Of a DNA stretch of 64,000 bases, positions 40,694-51,560 are shown one piece after another; position 1 is the stretch's first letter; each line of letters begins with the position of its first letter. The notes beneath the pieces are model-generated. The model saw nothing but the letters and a program-made list of their open reading frames with translations, did not search any database and was not told the origin of the DNA. Made by a program: the position numbers and the translations under genes. The stretch comes from Camelus ferus (taxonomy: Eukaryota). The stretch spans positions 104,348,001 through 104,412,000 of the forward strand of contig NC_045697.1 of NCBI RefSeq assembly GCF_009834535.1. Direction: 5' to 3'.

Positions 40694-41732
40694 CTGCAAT
40701 AAATAAAGATAATCGAAAGAGGGGAGATTGCTATAAAAAGTTTTAAAGAGATACACACTTTTCTGTCACTGGTAAAACGCTACTGTAAATCAGAGGACTG
40801 AAATCCGAAGGCTTGCTGGGTCTGGTGACTCCACTTTAATGTCAACACACTTCCAGTGCTGTTTTGCTGCGACCTACCCCCCTACACACACCTTTCTCTC
40901 TCTCTTTTTTTTTCTTTTTAGGAGTAAGTTTTCCCACACACTGTGGTTTTAAAGTGCAAATAAATACAAGACCCAGTCACTGTTTGGATTCAGTGTTTTC
41001 ACTTGGAACCAGTGCCTTACAGATTATGACATGCAGCACATAGAAAATGGGATTAGAAAAGGTGCTGTGGCCATAGGGTTGTCCTCGGGCTGTAGAAGGC
41101 AGGGAAAACCCTTCATTATTCTCCCCTCAGACTGAGGGAGCTTAGGATAGCTATGTGTCACCTCTAATGTCATCGTCTCCCTCTCAGGCTTTGTCTCCCT
41201 GTCTCCCTTTTCCCTTCACTGTCTTCCCCCCGCCCCCACCCCTCCTCCTCTCTCTCCTTGGCTCCCAGGACCAAAGGAAGGCAGAAGAGTCTAAGAGTTG
41301 CTCCACCATCCCCTAATGAATTAATAACCATGCCCAGCCTCAACGCCAGCCAGGAAGGATGGTTCAATTCCAAATAAAGAATGTTTGGAATCCTTAAAAG
41401 ATGTGCACTGAGAGTTAAAGAATTGGGGTTTTATTATTGTTATTGCTGTGAAAGCTGTTGGAATATTTAGGTTTTAAAAAGAAAGGATCAAAAACTGTTA
41501 CATCAATCAGTGTTCATGCCAGCTAATTTTTTAAAATACACTAAGAAAAGTTGGAATTTTTTTATTGAAAATAAAAATTTAATGGAAATATAAAAAGAAA
41601 TCACTGTTTCTATCCAATACATAAAGTTAGGGTGGAGGGCTAACAATACAGATGTGCTATACAGAATGCCTAGGAGAAAAAAAAATGCTGCTGTTTGAAA
41701 TTATAATCAAACCTCCTAAATTAAGAAGTGGT

Positions 41733-41915
41733 CAGGGAACTATATTCAATATCCAGGGAACTATATTCAATATCTTATAGTAACCTATGGTGAAAAAGAA
41801 TGTGAAAACGAACATATGTATGTTCCTTTAGACTGAAGCACTGTGCTGTACACCAGAAACTGACACAACATTGTAAACTGGCTATACTTCAGTAAAAATA
41901 TATTTTTAAAAAAAG
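41733..41915 (+). mobile_element. Short artiodactyl/camelid-type L1 3' end
   Basis: 'cagggaactatattcaatatcttatagtaacctatgg...gctgtacaccagaaactgacacaacattgtaa'; similar to 12853-13000. Confidence 0.88.
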
Positions 41916-42424
41916 AATAGCTTTCATGTTACCAAGTTAAATAGCATATTTTCCTTTATAATCCTGTTTCTTGCAGTTCCTGATATTTAGAACACAGATA
42001 TACTAGGAATGACAGGAAAATAAAACATGAAATAAACCAGCACATAATTTCATGAATGTATACAATTCCCCATAAGACACTGAGGAGAGATTCTCAGTTT
42101 AGCTCTCTAGTCACGGCTTATCCTGCATAAAAAGACCCCTCTACCTGGAGGGAAAGGTAACTTGTACAAGGTCTATGTTTCCAGTAAACAAAAGATGCTC
42201 TGCAATGCTGCCTAGAACTCACTGAAATGGGGACTCTTCAGGCAATAGGGCTTGAGTAAAGTTTTCAGCAAGTCATATTATTCATCAAACATCATTTTCA
42301 CTTCCTTTCTGAAGCTATTGTTTGGGACTGCTGTTTCAATTTGGGTGACAGAATATATATGTAAAGTAAGGAAGAAATTCTGATAAAGAGAAGTTAACCA
42401 GAAAATGAAGGGCTCAGGCAGATA

Positions 42425-42426
<2 letters not shown>

Positions 42427-42468
<42 letters not shown>
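42427..42468 (+). repeat. (CA)21 microsatellite
   Basis: Perfect dinucleotide run read directly. Confidence 0.97.
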
Positions 42469-42471
<3 letters not shown>

Positions 42472-42959
42472 CATCGCTGTGCACTCGGAACATTCTTTTG
42501 TTCATTGTTTACTGTATTTAGGGGCAGTATAATACAGAAATGTATTCAAATGGCCACTATGTAATTGAAGATATTTTGTTAGTCATCTAAATAAATGTAG
42601 AATCATCAAAAATTAAACATTCTACATATAAAACTGGACTTCCTGATTGCAAAGCTAGAATAAATAGTTTACACAATTTAATATAAAGCCCCATCAGTTT
42701 TATTCCTAAGTTTTTAAAAAGTGACAACATATCGAAGCATATTTATACTGTTGCTGGTTAGCTGGTGTAAAAGGAAAAAATAGGGCCAAGGTTTTCCTCC
42801 CAAGACATCAGTTAACCTGACTTTGAAGCTCAAGCAAGAGGGACAGGGGTGGGGTGGGGCGCAGAATTCTAGGTGATCCCAAAATGCAAACCAGTATTTG
42901 CTCAGTCTTCAGTCAAAATTTAGGTGGAAAAGGCTTTGCTGAAAGGAAAAGGGCACATG

Positions 42960-43480
42960 CTCACCAATCCAGCAATCCTTCTAAATATACATACCTTCAC
43001 AGGCCCACAAAGGAATATGTATAGGGATGTTCACAGAAGCATTGTTTATGGTTGCAAATAGAGGAAGAAACAGGATTTCTACTCCTGAGAATGTTAAAAT
43101 ATCAAATTTTCCCCCAGTGAGTACAAACTCAGAGGCAGAACTCATGAGCCAATCTTACACTGAGCAACATAGAAATAGCTCAGAAACATAATGCTTAACT
43201 TTTCTAAGCAAGAAATGGAATGAGATTTATAGCAGAATACCATTTATATATTTTTAAGACATACTCAATACAATACTATATATCTTCAATGGTATACTTA
43301 AATCTGTGTGTGTATATATATATATATAACTTTATATACTATATATAGTACTTACAGGTGTATCTAGACACACACATATATATGACAAGAATCGCAAGAA
43401 CATAACATTAAGTACATTAGAGTGCATGTCTATCAGGAAAAAGAATGGCAGTGGAGATTGGACACCACAGGGTAAAATAA
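42960..43480 (+). mobile_element. L1ME-type 3' region
   Basis: 'atccagcaatccttcta...agggatgttcacagaagcattgtttat...aataccatttatata'. Confidence 0.7.
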
Positions 43481-44587
43481 AATGAAACAAAAGAAAGGCT
43501 TGTGGCAGCCAATCTACAATAGCATGTGCTGTAAATGAGGTCCATAATTGACTCAGTTCTGTGTACTTGACAAAACAATAAATAAATAAGCACAAAGGAC
43601 TTTCAAGCCACAGTTACTGACATTGGATATTGGGATAAACTGGCATATCTAAACAACCAGTCATATATATAAATAAAATTCATATGCAGGGTAAGAAAAT
43701 GATATTATAAAAGACATAGCAAAAACTTATAGATTGGCGGTATCCTTAAGCTATAAGAATAGCTTGACTTACAGTTAAGTACAATTTGGAAATCTTAAAA
43801 AATCTCACACTGAAATTTTTTATTTGGCAAATCTGTTTATGAGTCTGATTACATTTAAACAGATGAAAAAAAGAAAATCACTGTAAGGAGAAACCATCGG
43901 AACAGTTTAATGCAACAACGGTGCTCACAGGACACACCTGGATCTGACTTAAGGAATCAGGGTTATCACAGACATCACCACCACCCCCTGGAACGGGCAG
44001 TCACATCAGGCAACAGTTTTATTGCTTTGCTCCATGTTGTGTGAATGAACTGAGAAGCTGAGAAGAGAAGCAATGTTTATATATGTGTATGTGCATATTG
44101 TGTGTGTGTGTGTGTATTTCATATATATATGAAATTCTGTCTCAATGATCTAGCTCTTTGAGGTGAAATAGTGGGTTTTGCTCTGCATGAAGACAATCTC
44201 ATGTCCAAATTCACTTCATATGGATCAGACATGGTTACACTGAACATTGTCTGATAAATGTCTGCCAAGTTCTATGAAAGGTAAACCACTGTGTTAAAGA
44301 CAACTAATCAAAGCCATTCTGAGTGATCCATAATAGTTATCCAACCATATACAAATGTGGAAACTAGAGAGAGCATCTCTAGGACTTTTGTCATTCTAGT
44401 ATCTTTGAAGATACTTTAATATTTTAATTTCCAATAAAAGTATGTACATATCAACTATATATTTATAGTTATATACAGTTAGATATAATCAAAACTAATA
44501 GACTATATTACTTAGATAACAGAAGTAATATTTAAAATGTTTTGACCACTTATGTCTTCACTGCTAAGAAAGCTGAATTAAATAATA

Positions 44588-44736
44588 GAGGGGAGGGTAT
44601 AGCTCAGTGGTAGAGTTTGTGCTCAGTATGCACAAGGTCCTGGCTTCAATCCCCAGTACCTCCATTAAAGAATAAAGAAATAAATCTAATTACCTCCTCC
44701 CGCCCCCCCAAAGATAAAAAAAAGAATCTTAATAAA
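44588..44736 (+). mobile_element. tRNA-derived SINE (camelid vic-1-like)
   Basis: 'ggggagggtatagctcagtggtagag...gcacaaggtcctggcttcaatccccagtacctcc', TSD taaataata (44579-44587 and 44737-44745). Confidence 0.92.
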
Positions 44737-47700
44737 TAAATAATATATAAAAATAGCTGGTACTCATTTGATTTTTCAGCAATTACCTCTTGGGAACATT
44801 GTCTCTTTTTAAATCCATTATCTCTTCGCATCTTACCATTACTTGTAGCATTGGTTTCATGAGAATGTCTTGGGAAGTTACTGAAACCACACAAATGTCA
44901 ATAATTATAAATGAAGCTCTTTCTTATAATAATACTTACCATACTTGAGGGATAATCCAAGCCCACCAACCATATTATCATCTCAACATTACAAAAAAAT
45001 TGCTGAAGTGAGAATTTTACCCCCCAAAAAGTTATACATAGGAAGTCACAGAAACCACTGTGAGAATTGACCAACAGACTAATAGCCCCCAAAAGTATCA
45101 CACTAAGCTAGATATGGGAAGCTATACAGTAAAAAAGAATATATGTAGCAAAAAGCACCATCTAAAAAGTCTCAAAGACACATAAACTTCAAAATGTGTA
45201 GTTTTAGGAGATGAAAGCTAAGTTCCAGTAACCATTGACTGACAAAAACACACAGAAAAGTAGTAACACTCCAGGATATTCATCTGATCATCTCAAACAA
45301 ATCGTTCGTTTGGCAAGAATTAAAAATCAAATCACCATATGCATAAGTGGCTATAAAGCCATATTTTATGCCTTGGCACTATGTAGATGAAACCACAGCT
45401 AGATGAATTAGGAAATTTGCTTTCTATCATCTAACATTTCCCCTGCTAGGAGATTCTCTACAAATGATGAAGAAGTAAAAATCTAGAAGATGTATCACAC
45501 ACTATTTTTTAAGACTATAAAACTGTGCACAGACAAAGCAAGTCCTCAGATAGTTAAACAGTCACACCAGAGCGCTTATCTGAAATTTCTGCAATAAATG
45601 GCCACCTTAAAAGTTTTTCTCTTTTAATACTGAGAAGTACTAAAAAAATTCTGTTGGTTTTTCCCCCCTCTCCCCTTTGCAACAGAATGAGGGAATGAAG
45701 CGTTTTTCTTGGACACTGAGTATAATTATAACTAATCATCTCCTTCTCCTTGGAGCAACATTCGTTGACGTTCCTTCATTTTAGGGTGGCTGGCTGACAC
45801 AATTCAAATATAATTACTCTTCTTGCATGATAAACTCCAGCACCGTGAGCAAATACAGTATGTCTCATTGTCAAGTATGGCTAGACAGCAGCAGTGTAAT
45901 ATAGACCTTTCAAGCCCTGGTGTAGCCCCCTGCCTTTGAAATCTGTGCAAGATGACAAAACTGACTTTCATTTCCCTTGGACTTTCTCAAGGTATCCTTA
46001 TTAAGGAAAAAAAAAAAAGCCTAAAACCCATAAATTTAATCTACTGCCTGCCAATCACAATGGTTTCTGCTGTCAGACATTCGTGATACATAACCACAAA
46101 AATTTAAATGTTATTGTTTCATACAAGAAGAAAATGTTGCTCATGACTATCCCAAATAGTCATGTGACAACTCAGTGTCGCTCCTTTGTTTGCCTCTTCA
46201 CCCATCGCTGAACAATAGCAAGAGCAGGAAACCTATGACCGATCGACCAGTTGTGGAAGGAGCTATACAATAAAACACGCTAAAATAAGATCGTTTTTCC
46301 TAGCTGTCTTGTAACAGACAATTGCATGATAAGAGAAAGTTAGTTTCCTAACATGTATTTCATTTCAGATGAATAGTGACACTTGCTTATTTCATTCTCA
46401 AATGGCTTCTAATTTTTGAGAAAATCAAGTTCATAATTGGATGACCACTGGAACACAACTTTAAAAAAGAAATAGTAAAAAAAAAAAAAAAGAATAAAAT
46501 AGCATAACATAATCATGAATGTTGAGTTTGGGGAAGAAAGCCTTGAAGCTTAAAATGAAAATTTTTGACATGGCCTACCCAAAGAGCTACGTTTTTATTA
46601 ACGTGGTGAACTCTATGGCTTTCTTTCATATGTTCTGATTAGTGGTTTTTAAGAAAAACATATTTCTGTGGACGGCCAAACTCGATATTTTTGCCCCTTA
46701 TTGAATTATCGTGAAACACCAAATGTCATATTTACCTACTACTTTCTAGGACAGTGTTTCACCATGGGCCATCCCATTCTATATGTGGTTGTTGTTTTTT
46801 TTGTTTTTTTGTTTTTGTTTTCCTGAGTGTACAAGAACTCTCTTTCTCTGAGTGTCTAGCACTGAAAAATGGAACTACATCACATCACTGTCTGTGTGTT
46901 TCTCTTAGACTGCTACGGAGAAAATTACAGGCAGTTGGTTCTTTACTCTTTGGTCTTCTAGAAATTATATAAAGTAACCATCAACTGTATTCATTCACAG
47001 TAGATAGACTTAGCAGATGAAGAACTGGATTTCCATGATGAGATTCTTGTTTCCTGGGTGGGGAAGCAATCTGGCTCAGTACATCCCCTGGCCTCATTCC
47101 TCTATGATTCAAAACAGCAAAATGTAAATAAAGTTATATCAAATTGGAAGCAAAACCTTTGTTCGCTCTACACATGAGCAAACCATTTGCAATTTTTGCT
47201 TCCAAAATAGGCAGAATCCAACTACACAATTCAGTTGGAGAAAGGGTCCACTCTAGCCCCTCAGAAGTGACCAAATACATGTGACTAGAAGCAACTGAAG
47301 GAAACCAATGTGTGAAATAAAATGGAACCCTTGACCACTGTATTTGCAACAGCTGAGTGACTTATTATAAGAAAATCCCAGCTGTAATAAATGTATGCAT
47401 AGTTACAGCCAAAAAAAAAAAAAAGCACACTATGGGAACTTGGATTTATGTTATTTCCCAATAACCTAGAAAATTCAAATTCAATTCTGTTGCAAATGGG
47501 GTTTCTAAAAGAGACAACCCATCTTTTTAAAAAAACAAGGACTTTTTTTTTAGGGAAAGTCTGCTAGTCTGCAAAAAGCTTTTTTGTTGTCTATGGGACA
47601 TTATTCTAGCTATCAACAATTCCGTCACCCTAAAGTATCTTAATGGCTTTCTTTAGCTATGGACAAAGCTTGCTGAAGCCTTTTCAACAGCAGTCCCATT

Positions 47701-49049
47701 TTCAACTCAATATTTTCCTTTCCTTAGGAAACAGGACTCTACCACTCGGAATGTCATCAGACCCATTGTTCTGATCCAGGATATTCACCTGATCTGTAAA
47801 GTTTGTCTCTTGGATGTATTTATACCAGACCTCTTTGATTATGCTGGCCCAATGCAGAAGTCATTTAGAAATCAAAACCAATTAAATTTACAATCCACCA
47901 TGGGGATTACAGAATACGCCTACTTTAATATTATTCTTGAAATTTAATGAAAGCAGTAGGAAAGAGACACGAATTTGTGACCTAACTCCTTTATCTGTTC
48001 CTCACTATCAAAACACACTCAGTCATCCCTCTGCTGCCCATGTAGATTAGTACTAACCCCTTAATAAGCCAACTTCACTTGACTGACCTATTACCCATAA
48101 AAAGTCTAAAATTCAGCAGTTTGAACTAAAGTGACCTGGTTATATAAGTGCGTCGCAAGCCCAAAACTAAAATAAAAACAAACCAAACAAGAACAGGTTG
48201 ACTGAGAGATTTGCATTTGGTTTGCCATGTTGCTTCTACTCAAAGGCTGAAAACTCTTCGCCTTGCGTATTTAAATATGCATCAGCTCAGAAGAAGTTAC
48301 ACAATGTTTCCATCAGCAGAAGATGTGGCACTTAGAGAAAGCATCAGGAAAATAAAAACTACAGACAAAATAGGGTAGATTTGCATATTTCACTTGAAAT
48401 TAGGCTATGTTGCAGCACACTGGAAACTCATATGCATTGGATGTCAGCTGAGTTACTTTTCTTTCCCCCCAAGGTGACATTGGTGCTTGTCTTACCAAAT
48501 ATGATGCAACTGACAAGTGTTTTCATGTAAGGAAGATATATGCCTCCCATCACCTTGTCAAACTGAGTGAAGGCAAACTCCAGCATATCCTTTCACAAGT
48601 GATTAGGTGGTCGGAGTCATTAAAAGTCATAAAGTTAGACTGCAGCAGGGTGCCATGCATATATATGAACTCATCCAAAGCTGTCCTCCTTGAAGCAGGT
48701 GATAGCTCTCAACTTTGCCTCTGACCGAGTCATAAATTCTTGGCTGAGCTTTCTTTCTCTTAGCATACCTTTGAAATTATACTGAACAGTAAATGCTGCT
48801 TTGGCCAGTCTCATTGTCTCCTGCTTTCCCAGCCAAACCTCTAACAACTGGAGGTCCAAACATCTGATTTTGGTTCACGGATGCAGAGTAAACAACCAGC
48901 TTGTCATTACTTGTTCTTCCGCAGCACTTTTTAAATTTTCAAAAGACTTTAAAAACTCTTGGCAATCAGCCTACTTTAAAATTTTCCAAAAAGGCAACAA
49001 GAAAATGAGTGGTATCGTTTAACAATATATTTAGTAATATTTAACAATA

Positions 49050-49200
49050 TTATGTCACAAAATTTCCACAAAATGAGGAAATTAAGGCACAGAGAGTCAA
49101 AGCAAGGCTGTCAACAGTCTACACCACAGGGCTAATCAGGAGCTCAGAACAAAGTCTAAATTCTTCTGTTATAGCTTTCACAGTCTTCCCACTTTCAACC
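49050..49200 (-). mobile_element. MIR fragment
   Basis: 'aaatgaggaaattaaggcacagagagtcaa'. Confidence 0.65.
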
Positions 49201-49269
49201 TTGTCATTTCTCAGTAAATAAATCTGATTTTCTATAAATCTGATTTTAAACATACCTGAAACAATATGC

Positions 49270-49745
49270 ATTTAAAACTTTTTAAGTGTACCATTTGACT
49301 CAACAATTCCACTTCTAAGAACCTGTCCTAAAGAATTAGTTAAGTGTATAAGCAAAAATGTATGTACAAGATGTTCAACACATCATTATTTATAACAATT
49401 AACAGCTACAAACAATCTGAATGTCCAAAAACGGAGGCTATACTTGAGATTCTTTGATCAAATGTTATAAATTCAAAATATATTTCTGAATAATTTTTAA
49501 TGCTAAGAGAAATGATGAAATACCTTTCATGAGAAAAGTGAAATACAATACTTAAGGATTTTAACTATGCTAAATATATAAGCATGCAGAGGAAAAAGGA
49601 CTAGGAAAAATATGACAGAATGCTAACAATATTTACCTCTATGCTTAAGAATTACAGGCACTTCTACTTTTCTTTTTTAAAACCTGTATGAATTTTCTAA
49701 ATTCTCTACAATGAGCATTACTTACTTTTATAATTAGAAAAAAAA
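49270..49745 (+). mobile_element. L1MC/ME 3' end followed by an imperfect (TA)n run (49745-49794)
   Basis: 'ccatttgactcaacaattccacttctaag...tgtacaagatgttcaaca...ttctctacaatgagcat...acttttataattagaaa'. Confidence 0.75.
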
Positions 49746-49758
49746 TATATATATATAT

Positions 49759-49794
<36 letters not shown>

Positions 49795-51099
49795 AAAGTT
49801 CCTGAGTGGATGTATAAGAAAATCTGACGTGGTGGCCAACGCATTTTTAAGGCGTCGTACCTGAATGGATCTTGATGGATCAGAGTGCATTTCCTGCAGA
49901 ATAATTTCACTTACCTCTAAATACCTAGACATTTGTTCATCCAGCATAGATCGGATGTAATCATGGCCAAATAAAGTGGTGAGAGAGGAGCTGACAGTTA
50001 TAAGATTTTAAATTCAAGCTCTCCAACTTTAATAAAACAATTTGGGCTTTGAGCTCTGCAACAATTAATCATGACTTCTCTTGCTCTAATCAACTAGACA
50101 CAAATCAACTTAGCTTAGCCTTCATAAAGGTCAGTAAAAGTTTTTAACCATCAGACATTTAAAAAGATTAAAAAAAAAAAAAAAAAAAAAGCCAAGACCA
50201 GGTTGCATATGCCCTTGTGTAATCTCTTATGTTGCATTTCCATTGTTCTGGGCCAATAACCAAACATGAAAAGGCCCATGCTATGGACTATGTTATATGA
50301 AAGAAACAGAAATGTCCAAATGCCTACCAAGTATAACACATGTTATAAGACCATAATTCTTTTTATCAAACACATGGATTTAATTGTCAGGCCCATTGTC
50401 ATCATTATACGAAGCAGTTACCTGTTGAAGCTAATTCTTGCTCAGTACTCAATAGTTGAAATGTTTTAAATATTCAGCATATCAAGGATGTGACTGAGAA
50501 ACTTTTAGAAGAGAGTAGCTTAGAAGAAAAGGAAACTAAGGAAAATAAATAATTGGAGCCCTCTGTGTCAGGTCAACAGCTCTTCTCCCAGGGCTCTCCT
50601 CTGGTGAGACGCTTGCCCAGGAGGCCACCATCTTGATATTCTGCCCACATGCCTTCTGCTCCTACATTCTCATTTAGGAAAGACAAAGAACCAGCAGCCT
50701 TTGGGAAGTTTTGCTGCTGGTTCTCATATAATCTCAACATTTAAACAACCTCTACAAAAACAATTTACTGGAAAAAAAATGTATTACTAAAGAAAAGACT
50801 TTACCTTACCTCTTATTAATAAAAAGTATATTTAAATCCAGCCTATAAGAAGGTCCTACAAATCTGCTTTCTCTTCTCCCTAATCATCCACTTTGAGCCA
50901 TGGGGCTAATAAATAGGGAAATCACAGAAGCTGCGCTTCTGAAAAAAGGCCAAGAAATAAGGTTCTTAGATAATCAAAAAGGTAAACAGCTAATCCCTGA
51001 AAAATTCAAGTTAATAATACAGTTAATGGTTCAAGTTAGTAATATAGTTAATGGTTAACATAATTAATGGACTTTCTCTTATTTTATTTTTTATCCTGT

Positions 51100-51560
51100 A
51101 TTCCTCATTTAAAATCAAGAAAGACTCCAGGCAGAAAAAGTTATAAAATAAATAAAAATATAACGAAAGAAATAAAATTTTCCAACTTACTACCAAGAAA
51201 TAACTACTACTAGGAGTTGGTTGTTCTTTTGAGCCTTTTATATATAAATAGGATTTTAAATGCATACATGTATTTCATTAGATGAATGTGCCATAATTTA
51301 TTTAATCATTCTCAAATGTTGGACACATAGGGGGTATCTAATGTTTCACTAATATTAACTCTGACATGAAAAATCCTGGAATATAAATCTTTTTGCATAT
51401 TTGCGATTTTTGCTCTTTATAGTAAATTTAAAACAGTAAAATTATTGAGTTCAAAAAGTATGAGCTTTTTAAGGCTTTTAAAATATATTGTTGAATTGAA
51501 TGGCCCTCCATAAATTTTGTACCAATTTACACTCTCAAGAACAATGTTTGTGAAAGTGTC
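51100..51560 (-). mobile_element. L1ME-type fragment
   Basis: 'tgtgccataatttatttaatcattctc...gccctccataaattttgtaccaatttacactc'. Confidence 0.7.

Noticed and set aside
45755..45910. Possible miRNA-like sequence
   Set aside because: No match to mature miRNAs I recognise and no long hairpin evident by eye.
47728..47950. Plus-strand acceptor 'ttttcctttccttag' followed by a ~70-codon open frame
   Set aside because: No strong donor, no recognisable protein, and opposite to the inferred gene direction.
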